A stretch of DNA of 64,000 nucleotides. Origin: Carpediemonas membranifera BICM (lineage: Eukaryota > Protista > Fornicata). This document shows, in pieces, positions 1 to 10,311 of this stretch. The translations under genes and the position numbers were made by a program. Positions within the stretch are counted from its first letter, which is position 1. Each line of letters opens with the position of its first letter. Where the stretch lies: positions 372,001-436,000 of the forward strand of contig JAHDYR010000025.1 in the NCBI GenBank assembly GCA_019828565.1, written 5' to 3'. The notes below the pieces were generated by a model. That model had not been told where the DNA came from. It did not search any database and saw only the letters and a list, made by a program, of their open reading frames with translations.

Positions 1-1344
1 TTCACCCTACAGCACATCGCCGGTCTGGACAACGGTGGAGCCGACGGTCTCTCGAGAGTATTCTCCATGCAACAGGCGTCGAGGGATCAGGTATCCCGCG
101 CTCATCTCACAGCAGGAGCTCATCTGTCTCGCCGGATGACAACCGAGCAACTTAGGGCCGACGGTTTGTCTGTCTCCCGTCAAGTCGTAGACGACGTGAT
201 TACCGCGTGTCCAGAGTGCCAAGTCTTGGCCCGCCCTCCTGTTGATACACCCGACGGCCTGCATACAGCTGTAGACCTCCCGTTCCGGCGTGTGGCCATT
301 GACACCATGGGTCCGCTACCGACGGTCAACGGCCTGTCCTACGTGACAGTAATGATCGACATGTGCTCCCGCTGGACAGAGCTAGTCCCGGTCAACAGCA
401 CCTCAGCCAAAGACGCAGCCAACGCATTGGTCAACACCTGGATTCTACGATACGGATGCCCCGAAGTCGTCCAATCGGATGGGGGCTCAGAGTTCAAAAA
501 CGCTCTGTTCAAACGCCTCTCCGAAGAGATGGGGTTCGACGTCCACATAACGACAGCATACCATCCCCAGAGCAACGGTGTCGTCGAACGCGCGAACAAG
601 GAGGTCGAACGCATCCTCAGAGCCAGGAAGCTGGAGTTAAGGAATAACGATTGGGTAGCACACCTACCAGTCGCCCAATTCTTGGTCAACTCAATGCCCA
701 GGATCCCGACCCGGTTGACTCCGGCCGAGATCATGTTTGGCGCCAATTTATCAATACCGTCATCGATCTATATCACGGATGCCGCCTCGGCTGGTCCGCC
801 ACAGTCGAAGCTAGCCGCAGCCGATGCCGCCATCCAACTCGCCAAAGCAAGGATTAGAGCCATGCGCGAAGACGCTCTCGCAAAGGCAACCTCATCGAGA
901 AGCGAGATATTGAGCCGTTTCGTGCTGGTCAAATACTACCCAAGACCACCGAGCAAGCTAGCCCCGGGCTGGCGCGGCCCCATGAGGCGTGTCGCAGCCG
1001 TCAAACGTGATGGTGTTGTCGTCGCATATGAGGTACAAGACCTCAGTCAGTCAGCGGACGGTCCAACTATCAAGGTAGACGCGGCACGTGTGCGAAGATT
1101 TGACCCAGGCAAGCTCTCGGAGCAACAGATCTATGACCTCGCAGCCGCTTCCGTCGATGAGTGGCATGTCGAGCGCATCTCACGCTCTAGAGGCTCGGGC
1201 CCCAAGTCAAGGCGCGAGTACCTCGTACACTGGGTCGGATTCGAGGATTCAGAGGCTTCATTCGAACCTTATTCGCACGTCAAAGATTTGGAAGCCCTCG
1301 ATACATATTTGAAGTCTGACCAAGCCAAGCGTGACGGTCTGTAA
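1..1344 (+). CDS. pol: Pol C-terminal part (RNase H end, integrase, GPY/F, chromodomain), 5' partial
   Basis: Frame is open from base 1 (HIAGLDNGGADGLSR). Motifs: H..H..CPEC zinc finger, IDTMGP / SDGGSEF / SNGVVER DDE triad, WRGP, and chromodomain EWHVERI...YLVHWVGF..SFEP. Confidence 0.93.
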   Translation, partial: FTLQHIAGLDNGGADGLSRVFSMQQASRDQVSRAHLTAGAHLSRRMTTEQLRADGLSVSRQVVDDVITACPECQVLARPPVDTPDGLHTAVDLPFRRVAIDTMGPLPTVNGLSYVTVMIDMCSRWTELVPVNSTSAKDAANALVNTWILRYGCPEVVQSDGGSEFKNALFKRLSEEMGFDVHITTAYHPQSNGVVERANKEVERILRARKLELRNNDWVAHLPVAQFLVNSMPRIPTRLTPAEIMFGANLSIPSSIYITDAASAGPPQSKLAAADAAIQLAKARIRAMREDALAKATSSRSEILSRFVLVKYYPRPPSKLAPGWRGPMRRVAAVKRDGVVVAYEVQDLSQSADGPTIKVDAARVRRFDPGKLSEQQIYDLAAASVDEWHVERISRSRGSGPKSRREYLVHWVGFEDSEASFEPYSHVKDLEALDTYLKSDQAKRDGL

Positions 1345-1386
1345 AACTTCTCAACATCGAAGCTGTATCCTCGAGGAACAAACGAT

Positions 1387-2470
1387 TTATTCAGAGCTAG
1401 ATTCCTCGTCTTCCGTCTCCTCCGTGTCCGTCAGCTCGACCAACCAAGTCGGGTCAGCGTGGCGCTCAAGGGCGTTCTCAGCCAAGTACTCTCGCACACA
1501 CCGGACAAGGCAGAGATCAGCGTTGAGGGACACGATGCTGAGTCCCGAGTATCCGTCATACTGCAGGATCAACACAAAAGACCCGGGACCACAAGTCGTC
1601 TTCAGATACTCGTGACGGACTACGCACGTGACAGTGTAGTAGCGGTCCGGATCAGAGACCTGAAGCGGCTCCCAGTGAGCCTCATCGCCAATGGCGGGCA
1701 GGTAGCCGTCGTGGCACAAGCGGCTGACCAGGGTTGCCCAGAAGTCGTTGGGAGCCGGGATGCGCCGGCTGATGCCGTAGACAGCGACACGGAAGTAGTC
1801 CGGTGCGAGGACGAGGACCAACAGGCGGTTAAGATATCCGCGCGCTGTAGTGTCCGACTTGACCCCGCCGGCAGTCCGCACAGCCGCCACGAGAGCTGCA
1901 GAGTAGTGACCATTACCGGGTGAAGATCCACCCAGCGTGATGTCGCGGCCCCGGATCGCGGCCGACACGATGTCGCCATCGGACAAGCGCTTCCTGCCGA
2001 GCTTGAGGTGGGCCCTCACACCGGCAAGCGCGACCTGGCAATGAGCCACGAGAGCCAAGACCTGCTGGGTCAGCTTCACGTCCTGCACTACGGCTGCGTC
2101 GTTCAGACGACCTTGCTCAATAGCGTCAAAGATTCGCTGGAGCGGCAGCTCGATGGAGTTGGTGTAACCTTCCAGGCGTCGGGCAACCTCGGCCTTGATG
2201 TCGTGGGGCATCAGAGTCGTCATCGTCAGGGTGCGAGTGATGCGTTCTGAGGCTTGCACGCGGTGACTATATAACCTCACGGTTGATGTTTGTTACTTAC
2301 AGATTGTCGGTGACCATGCGCTTGCGTCCACGATACTTCTGAGCGCGAAGGGAACGACAAACGGACGTATGGGCAACAATAAGTGGCCTAGCCAGATCGT
2401 CATCACCAAGTTCGGTGATTTTGGCACGAATTTCCTTCAGAACGGCCTCTACGGCTGTGTTGTCCGACAT
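1387..2470 (-). CDS. Antisense accessory protein of element A (~349 aa if spliced: exons 2470-2301 and 2266-1387) with C-terminal chromo-like domain and acidic tail
   Basis: Two tandem minus-strand ORFs join in frame on removal of a 34-nt GTAAGT...TATAG intron (2300-2267). The C-terminus YYTVTCVVRH...LILQYDGY...VREYL follows the chromodomain pattern. The stop lies within TAAA. Confidence 0.65.
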
Positions 2471-3086
2471 CAAATGAGTTGACGGCGACATATCCTGCAC
2501 ATTTCTCGGAAACGGTCGAAGGAACAACTAACAAGGTCATCTTAGTCTTCAAGCATGCATTTATTGTCGGTAATAAGGCATTAGGAGCTTCCTAGTGCTC
2601 CTTCCGGTCAGTTTGATGTTGTTATTCAAGTACAGTTGGACGCAGAAAATTAGAAGCCTCAGAACTCCTCAACGGAGCCGAATTGGAGCTTCTAAGTACG
2701 TTTTTCGGCGTCTGTGTGATTATGAGCGATAAGGGCTCAGCATTGGCAGTGTTTGCTAGAGCAATCGTTCTTGGCCTTCGAATTACATGGAATGGCATAT
2801 AACACGTATAAGGTTTGTGAAGACGGCCTAGGAAGGCCGTGGAGGGGCAGTGGTAAGCCTTTCCGTCACGTTTCACCATTTTTGAAACAGAGCTCACATA
2901 GCGGTACCGCAGTTAGATCATGATACCATCATTTTGATTTCGTTCAGCTAGATGCGAAAGCACTCAGGCCATGGGGTTGCCAGCCCTATGAGTCACCGTT
3001 GGCGGTCGGGTGGCACCGTCCAGGCCTTTGGTGAAATGCTGACGTCAAGTCTCTCTGTCATGCCTATACCAGGCATGGAGGGGCAG

Positions 3087-3208
3087 TGTTGTGGGTCCTA
3101 CCCAAAGTTACACAGATTTACGTTATATTTAATAGTCAAGGAGTTTCTCCTCGACACCCTTGTGTCGAGTCTTCTCCTCAGTAAAAGTTCAACACCCATT
3201 GAACCACA
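3087..3208 (+). repeat. Putative 3' LTR of element A (~120 bp)
   Basis: Follows a PPT and has TG..CA ends with imperfect terminal IR (tgtgggtc/gaaccaca). Contains an AT-rich TATA-like box at 3123-3133, an 8-bp hairpin at 3150-3169, and the motif CTCCTCAGTAAA shared with LTR-B. The partner LTR is not in the window. Confidence 0.65.
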
Positions 3209-3587
3209 CTCTGTTGTTCTTTCCAAGTCAACAGTCGCGAAGTCGTTGAAGGTCATAGCAAAGTACCTACGGGCCCGAACAGATGCCATGCGAGAGTTTG
3301 ACCTGGTGCCGAGCAGCCGGCTCGCGGCCCTACAGAAGCAGCTCGAGTCACTGCAGAGCAAGCCGAGAGAGGAGCGGAAGATGCCAGCGAGGACGGGAGA
3401 GCGCAGACGCAATGACGGCGCGGCCGAGGGGGCCAAGCCTGAGCGGCGGCAAGTGGGCCGCGGCTGCTTCAACTGCGGCGAAAAGGGTCACGACTCGGCC
3501 GACTGCCCACACGAGGAGCCGAAGTGCTTCAGGTGCGGCGAGTTCGGCCACAAGTCGCACCAGTGCACAGTTGTAAAAGCCATCTGA
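3209..3587 (+). pseudogene. gag: 3' remnant of gag with two CCHC zinc knuckles
   Basis: CFNCGEKGHDSADC and CFRCGEFGHKSHQC; the N-terminal part is replaced by element A sequence. Confidence 0.85.
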
Positions 3588-3603
3588 GTATCCTTTCTGT
3601 TTT

Positions 3604-6600
3604 ATGTTAGCGTCCAAGACTATCTGGCAGGAGAAGGCCAGTCTGCTGGGCGAAGAGTTGATCGTCCGCATGGACACCTGCTCCTCGTTCAGCGTCGTGC
3701 CGAGGGACTGGGCCGTCGAGAAGGGACTGAAGATCGCCACGCGGGGCGAGACAGTCCGCTTGGCTGACGAGTCGATGAGGAGGGTCTACCGAGTGTTGTC
3801 AGATGTGCCGATCACCCTCCACCTCGACAGAGAGGTCACCGCGACGCCGACCTGGTATGCGATGGACAAGGCCGAGTCGTTCCTCATCAACATGGAGGTG
3901 ATTGACTCCCTCGGCCTAATCAACCGCAACCTTGACACCGAAGCAGACCCCATCCAGGTCATCTCCAAGCTCACAGAGGACTGGGCCGAGAGATACAGCG
4001 ACTGCTTCGGCGATGCAGGCGAACCAGCAGACCTTAAGCCGTTCAAGGTCACGCTGAAGAAGGACGCCCGACCCTACTTCCGTCTGCCCCGAAGGTTCCC
4101 AAGACAGGTGGAGGATGAACTCCGGTCAGAGATGCAGAAGCTGGAGGAAAGCGGGATCATCATCCCAACCAAGTCTCCCTGGAGCAGCTCAGTGGTCATG
4201 GTGCGGAAGAAGGCCGGGACGTGGCGGCCGTGCATGGACTACTCGCCACTGAACGAGCTCCTGGCGTCCATGACTCAGCACGACTTGCCGTCGACGGAAG
4301 AGCTGATCGAGAGGCTGAGGGGCAACAAGTACTTCGCAGCACTTGACCTCAGCAAGGCCTTCCATCAGGTCCCGGTGCACCCCGACACACAGGAGTACCT
4401 GGCGTTCACGTACTCCAAGGGGCACTATACCTACACTACGATGCCGTTCGGCCTTGCCACCGCGGCTGGCCATATGCAAGAGGCCTTAGAGGAGGCTTTC
4501 GCGGACATGCTGGGCACGGCGTGTCTTGTGTACGTGGACGACATCATCGTCTATGGGTCGACCTGGGAAGAGTACCAGGCGAACCTGATGCGGGTGATGG
4601 ACCGGGTGCGAGAGAAGAAGCTGAAGCTCAACAAGAACAAGTGCTTTTTCGGGTTGACGGAGGTGGAGTACCTCGGATGGATAGTGTCGGCGGAAGGAAA
4701 GCGCATCCCCCATGGCGCGTCCAGGGTGTCCAGGAGCTGCCCGACCCGACAAACGTGAGTGACGTCAGGTCCACATTGGGCATCTTCAACTTCTTCTCCC
4801 AGTTCATCCCCGGCTACGCGGACATCACCGAGCCGATCCGCAAGCTGGAGATCAAGGGCCAGACGTTCGTGTGGGGCGACCCCCAGAGAGAGGCGTTCAA
4901 GAGACTGAAGAAGATCGTCACCTCCCCCACACTGTTGGTCACACCGGGCCCTGACGACCGCCTACAGCTGTTCACCGACGCGTCCGACACCGGTGTCGGC
5001 GCAGTGCTGGTCAGAGTCGAGGACGACGGGTCGAAGCGACCTGTGATGTTCTTCTCCAAGGCCCTGACAGCAAGCCAGCGCAAGTGGAGCACCTACCGCA
5101 AGGAGGCATTCGCCATCATAGCGGCCACGAGGAAGATGAGACGGTTCCTAGCCACAAGGGAGTTTGAGATGTTCACGGACCACCGTAACCTCGTGTACAC
5201 GTGGGGCAACGTCGACCCCATGGTGCAGCGCTGGGCACTTGAGCTGGGCAACCTCAAGTTCAGCATCACCCACGTGCCTGGTAAGTCTAATACGGTCGCG
5301 GACGGCCTGTCCAGAATGCCCCGCGCAGAAGCCGAGAGCCTGACACCAGAGCAGCAGGGTGCGATCGTGTCCGTGATGTGTGCAGTCGACGCAGCGGAGG
5401 AAGAGTCGGAAGAAGTCGCCGCCGACGAGCCGAGAGTTCGGTTCCGCGAAGAGGCGGCAGGACAGCCTGACCGCGAGCGCGACGAGGCAGACGAAAGCGA
5501 CACCGAGGAAGCAGCCGGGACAGACGAGGGCGACACCCTTGACGCCGAGCCCGAAGAGGAGGGCACGTTCCCGGCCATACCCGAGTCCCAGAAGCTGCCA
5601 CGCTTCAAGTCCGTTCACGGACCTGGCACCGGTCACCACGGGGTTGACCAGACGCTGTGGAAGCTCGAGGATAAGGGATTGCGCTGGGACACTGCGGACA
5701 CGGACGTCCAGAGGATGGTTAAGGAGTGCCCCGTGTGCCAGAAGAACGCCGAACACCGGTCACGCGAGCAATATCAGGAGCAGCTGCGCATGCCAGCGTC
5801 GCCGTTCAGTCGCGTGTTCGCCGACACCATCAACATGGCAGAGGCAGACCAGGGTTACCGGTACATCCTGGTGCTGGTGGAGGAGTCGACGAGGTGGGTC
5901 ACCCTGTGCCCACTGAAGACGGTGACCTCCGCCGCCACCATCAGAGCAATCAGGGAAAGATACCTCACACACTTCCCGCCCCCGGTCGAGTGGGTGACCG
6001 ATAGCGGACGGCAGTTCGACTCGAAGGAGTTCAAGTCGTTCGCGGCAGAGCTAGGCGGGGGCGCGAAGACGACCACCCCGTACCATCACGAGGAGAATGG
6101 GATCGTTGAGCGCAGGAATCGCGAAGTGAACCGCCACCTCAGGGACGAGATGCATCAGCGCGGCACGAAGCAATGGATGGGCCTACTGCCAGCGGTTCAG
6201 AACATCATCAACCAGGCTAGATCTGCCACGACAGGCACGTCACCCTGGAAGCTAGTGGTGTCCACAGAGCGGGAAGGGAAGATGACACTGTCGAACCAGG
6301 AGAGAGCCGACGTTACGGACGTCATTGACAAGATGGTCCGGAACGAGAAGATGAGAGCTCAACAGCGCAGGGACGCGGCGAAGAAGACGTACGACGCGGC
6401 CAAGGCCAGACAGGACAAGCACAACAAGAGGACACCGACCCGTATCACAGCCAAGGCGTGGGTCATGGTCGACAGGGATGCAGAACAGAGAGGGAAGTAC
6501 CAGCTACGATGGAGAGGCCCACTTCAGGTGGTCAAGAAGGCACCTGGAAACGCCAGCTCGTTCGTGATAAGGGACCCCGAGACGAACAAGACGTATAAGA

Positions 6601-6938
6601 AGCACGTGAAGCATCTGAAGCTCGCAGAAGGCGACTGGGATGAGGAGAAGGCGAAGGCAGAATGCGCCAAGGACCGTATGCACACGTATATCAAAGAGAT
6701 CGTCACGCACAGGATCAAGAAGGACGTGATGAAGACGCCAGAGGTGAAGGTGCGCTGGTTAGGATACGAACCAGCAGACGACACGTGGAGAAACCCAACA
6801 GACGAGGATATGAGAGGCAATGCGATACTTCAGCAGTACCTGCAGGTGAATACACCCCTAGAGGAAGCCATGAAGCGGTTTGATGATTTGAAGCTCAGAA
6901 TGTCGGCCCGCCAATCAAATGGCACTCGGCAGGATTAG
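3604..6938 (+). CDS. pol: Pol (PR-RT | RNaseH-IN-chromodomain), split by a -1 frameshift near 4695-4711
   Basis: Motifs MDTCSS, LDLSKAFHQ, MPFGL, YVDD, FTDASDTG, HH-CC, DDE and WLGY chromodomain lie across two overlapping ORFs. Confidence 0.9.
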
Positions 6939-6964
6939 ACATCGCATTGAAGGAGGGGGGGTAG

Positions 6965-7056
6965 TGATGCATTCAAATCCCCTAGTTTGGACCATTTACA
7001 CCACCACGGGTCTAAACCTCCTCAGTAAACACATTGTTTGACCCTTCAATAGCACA
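6965..7056 (+). repeat. 3' LTR of family B copy 1 (92 bp)
   Basis: Identical to 16979-17070 and 21532-21623; preceded by a PPT at 6949-6961. Confidence 0.95.
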
Positions 7057-7084
7057 TGGACCACGCATTTTTAACCACTGCAAG

Positions 7085-7849
7085 ATGAGGAAGGACAGAA
7101 AGAAGAGCGCTCGTAAGGATCTCACGTTCTATGAGAGATCATATGGTTTCAGGCCACGGTACAGAATCCTTGTTGACGGGACGTTCATCTCACACATCGT
7201 TGAGCGTGAAGCTACCCTCGAAGATGTCTTTCACCAGGCCCTCGGCTCCAACGGCTTCGTTGTGTACACCTCATATTGCGCAGTTGACGAGCTTCGTGCT
7301 CTGGAGAAGAAAGAAGCCCTCCTTCTTGCAGACAAAGGCGGCATCCGTCGTCTCGATTGCGGCCACAAAGGAAAGCCTGAAAACGCCCACGACTGCCTCC
7401 TATCACTCTTCGAACACATCACCAACGTCGAAGATCCCGACCTGGACGCTGTCAGGGCCGCTGGAGCGAGTGGCCAGGACCTCCCGAACACACGAGGGCT
7501 GTGCGTTGCGACCCAGGACTTCCAACTTCGGGCTAAGCTGCGTAACATCCCCGGCGTTCCGATATTCTACATGAACGGCGACCGACTGATTTTCGAGCGC
7601 CCCTCTGTAGTGTCCACTGAGTACGCAAAAGTCAGGGACGCCATCGTCCCCGGAGAGCGCGACGACGACGAGGAAGAGAAGAAGCACCCAGTCAGACTGC
7701 AGCCGCACAAGAAGAAGGCCGTGGGCGCCAACCCGCTCGCCGTCCGGAAGAGGAAGACGGGCCATGCCGACGGCAGCGCGCTCATCGAGAAGCGGAAGCG
7801 GAAGCGGGTCGGGAAGCGCGGGAAGAAGGCGGGGAACGACTCAGACTAG
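7085..7849 (+). CDS. UTP23: rRNA-processing PIN-domain protein Utp23 (Fcf1 family)
   Basis: YRILVDGTF, C-H-H-C zinc motif, VATQD..LR.KLR.IPGVP and a basic tail with NPL.V.K. Start is placed at ATG 7085 because the upstream TTG lies in the LTR. Confidence 0.85.
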   Translation: MRKDRKKSARKDLTFYERSYGFRPRYRILVDGTFISHIVEREATLEDVFHQALGSNGFVVYTSYCAVDELRALEKKEALLLADKGGIRRLDCGHKGKPENAHDCLLSLFEHITNVEDPDLDAVRAAGASGQDLPNTRGLCVATQDFQLRAKLRNIPGVPIFYMNGDRLIFERPSVVSTEYAKVRDAIVPGERDDDEEEKKHPVRLQPHKKKAVGANPLAVRKRKTGHADGSALIEKRKRKRVGKRGKKAGNDSD

Positions 7850-8052
7850 TGCATTCATAAATGCTGCGGCTTTTGGGCGTATGCGCTGACTTGGCATTGA
7901 CGCTGAACACAGACGGGCAGAATTCGAGCGGAAGAACACAGGTTTCGCTCCACTTCACATGCGGATGGGACAGCCTCTTCTAGGGTCCCACCCGACCGAG
8001 ACTTCGTTTGATTCAGTCAAAATTGACGAGTTCAAGTTTTTTATTCTGCACG

Positions 8053-9039
8053 ATGGAGGAAGCAACCGCTAAGGACTATTATTTCGACTCCTACTCCCAT
8101 TTCGGTATTCACTCCGAGATGCTGGACGATACCCAGAGAACTCTGGCGTATCGGGATGCGATTAAGCGTAATCCCGAGTTGTTTAAGGACAAAATCGTCA
8201 TGGACGTAGGCTGCGGCACCGGAATTCTCTCGTTCTTCGCGCTGCAGGCAGGTGCCAAGCACGTGTACGCCGTTGATTCATCCACGATCATCCACAAGGC
8301 CCGTGAGATCGCCCAGTGCAACGGCTTTGGTCCTGACCGCATCACCTTCATCCACGGCAAGGTCGAGGACATCACCCTCGGCAACGAGCTCCCCTCAAAG
8401 GTCGACGCGATCATCAGCGAGTGGATGGGCTACTTCTGCCTCTACGAGTCGATGCTCGACAGCGTTCTCTTCGCCCGCGACAACTTCCTCAACGAGGACG
8501 GCGCCATCCTCCCTAACAAGTGCAACATCTACCTCTCCGTGATGACCGACGACGAAGGGAAGGGCAACCGCATCGACTCTTGGGACAACGTGTATGGCTT
8601 CAACTACGGCCCCATCAAGGAATGGGCGCTTGTCGAGCCCGTTACTGACACTGTTAACCCCAACAACATCGCGTCCAAGCCCTTCATTGTGCAGTCTATC
8701 GACATCATGAAGGCCACCGTCCCCGAGCTCGACTTTGCCATCAACTTCTCCATGCCCGCCCAGAAGGAGACCTGGTGCCAGGGCTTTGTCGGCTGGTTCG
8801 ACGTCGATTTCGATCTGGGCAAGGTCCCGATCAAGCTGTCGACCTCGCCGTGGCAGAAGCCGACGCACTGGTGCCAGTGCCTGTTCTACACGAAGGACGA
8901 CTATTTCGTGACCGAGGAGGACGTCATCGAGGGCACCCTGTCCCTCAGCAAGAACGCCAGGAATGTGAGAGATCTCGACGTGACGATCGAGTGGGCCGTT
9001 GGCGACGAGAGCTTCACGTCCGCCTACAAGATGAGGTAA
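8053..9039 (+). CDS. PRMT1: Protein arginine N-methyltransferase 1
   Basis: DYYFDSYSHFGIH, VMDVGCGTGILS, IISEWMGY..LYESML, THW loop. Confidence 0.95.
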   Translation: MEEATAKDYYFDSYSHFGIHSEMLDDTQRTLAYRDAIKRNPELFKDKIVMDVGCGTGILSFFALQAGAKHVYAVDSSTIIHKAREIAQCNGFGPDRITFIHGKVEDITLGNELPSKVDAIISEWMGYFCLYESMLDSVLFARDNFLNEDGAILPNKCNIYLSVMTDDEGKGNRIDSWDNVYGFNYGPIKEWALVEPVTDTVNPNNIASKPFIVQSIDIMKATVPELDFAINFSMPAQKETWCQGFVGWFDVDFDLGKVPIKLSTSPWQKPTHWCQCLFYTKDDYFVTEEDVIEGTLSLSKNARNVRDLDVTIEWAVGDESFTSAYKMR

Positions 9040-9097
9040 TGCGACGATGCTAGTAAAGCTTGCGGTTAGAGCTGCTGTACAATTTACCGAGTGGCCC

Positions 9098-10129
9098 TCA
9101 CTGCTTCATCATCGCAAGCTCGGGCTCGACGGCGGGTAGACCCCCAACCCCGAGGAGACTCAGTCCACACAGGGCCAGGTACGTGTGGAGTGGGTCAGGG
9201 TACTTGTCGGGGTGCTTGCTGAAGCCCGCATAGACACACTCGGTCCATGGAGCCAGGCTGAGGTCGGGCTGCCACTTGACCATCACATCCGCGGGCAGGA
9301 TGTTCTCACATCGCTTGACGAAGTCGAGGAGGAACGGCCGGTGCACAACTGTGAGAGAGTCGAGCATTTTAAGGCTCGAGCCGACCCAGAACGTGTAGCA
9401 GGCGTCGGCCAGCTTGTTGGGCCGGCCCTGAAATCCTGTCACCTGTCGGAGGGCTAGCCACTCGACAACCCGTGACCTACGAGGGATGTCCTGCTTCAAG
9501 AGTCTCAGCGCAGCGATAGCACAGAAGGTACTGCCCGCGTGGCCCTCCAGCCCAGGGCACTGCGCGAAAGAGCCCTCGAAGGTCTGGCAGGCAGAGATAA
9601 AGGCCACAGGTGATGCCAGCGCCTTGAGGTGGAGCATTGTGTCGACTGCTACCGCGGAGTACACGAAGCGGAGGTCGGCCTCGCCATCCGGGTGTGATGC
9701 GGCCACGGCCCCGTCGGGACGTTGGACTAGCCTGAGAAAGGCCGCAAGGGCGCTCATGTCGACGTAGCTAAAATCTGCACCGGTCATGCGGGCGAGGCTG
9801 ACTGCTTGAAACGTCGCAGTCACGTTAATGGCCGAGATGCCCTTGTGTTTCGGAGAGAGCGACCAGCCAGCCACGGTGGATCCGGCGTGATCGGCTTCTA
9901 TATACGATAGACGGAGAAAGTCTTCGAGGTTCTTCTGCAGGGGGCCGTTGGAATCCCATGAAGAGAGCAGCTTTAGCGTCCCGACAAGGAAGTATACGAT
10001 GGAGAGCTGCTGCTCATCGATGATGAGGTTCGCGGGCTGATTCCCGGGCATACCCTTGATTAAAACGTATTTCACGAACTCTGCGTGTCCTTTGAGGTCG
10101 AATTGCAGGTACACATCGTCTTCAGACAT
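9098..10129 (-). CDS. PGGT1B: Geranylgeranyltransferase type I beta subunit
   Basis: Prenyltransferase repeats EADLRFVYSA, EGHAGSTFCA, GFQGRPNK.AD.CY.FW, PDPLHTY. Confidence 0.85.
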   Translation of the reverse strand: MSEDDVYLQFDLKGHAEFVKYVLIKGMPGNQPANLIIDEQQLSIVYFLVGTLKLLSSWDSNGPLQKNLEDFLRLSYIEADHAGSTVAGWSLSPKHKGISAINVTATFQAVSLARMTGADFSYVDMSALAAFLRLVQRPDGAVAASHPDGEADLRFVYSAVAVDTMLHLKALASPVAFISACQTFEGSFAQCPGLEGHAGSTFCAIAALRLLKQDIPRRSRVVEWLALRQVTGFQGRPNKLADACYTFWVGSSLKMLDSLTVVHRPFLLDFVKRCENILPADVMVKWQPDLSLAPWTECVYAGFSKHPDKYPDPLHTYLALCGLSLLGVGGLPAVEPELAMMKQ

Positions 10130-10311
10130 CGCTGCCGCCTATCCTGCGGACGACGGCAAACACTGTCTACCACATGCCGTGCCTACGAGAGTTGGTCAGA
10201 GGCATTCTCAGCTGCACTGCTGTCTTTTCTTCGCAGCGCCAGTCAACAGTAGCTGCGTCGTGAGACAATGAAAGTAGGATTTTAGAGACACAGAACAAGT
10301 CATCCAGCCCG

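Larger units (their letters stand above)
1..3208 (+). mobile_element. Ty3/gypsy chromovirus-like LTR retrotransposon, family A (3' part; 5' end outside window), nested in gag of a family-B copy
   Basis: Order is RNaseH end-integrase-chromodomain ORF, 1.75 kb extra region, purine tract GGAGGGGCAG (3077-3086), then a TG...CA segment ending exactly where family-B gag homology resumes at 3209. Confidence 0.8.
3209..7056 (+). mobile_element. Ty3/gypsy family B, copy 1 (3' part, interrupted in gag by element A)
   Basis: Colinear with 17776-21623 (offset 14567); only two differences were noticed (3454, 4695). Confidence 0.95.

Noticed and set aside
2952-3587. 211-aa ORF that looks like a complete gag
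   Set aside because: It is chimeric: the first ~86 codons are read through element A's 3' region and LTR, and gag homology starts only at 3209.
7034-7084. N-terminal extension of UTP23 from a TTG
   Set aside because: The TTG lies inside the LTR; the family-like sequence starts at ATG 7085.
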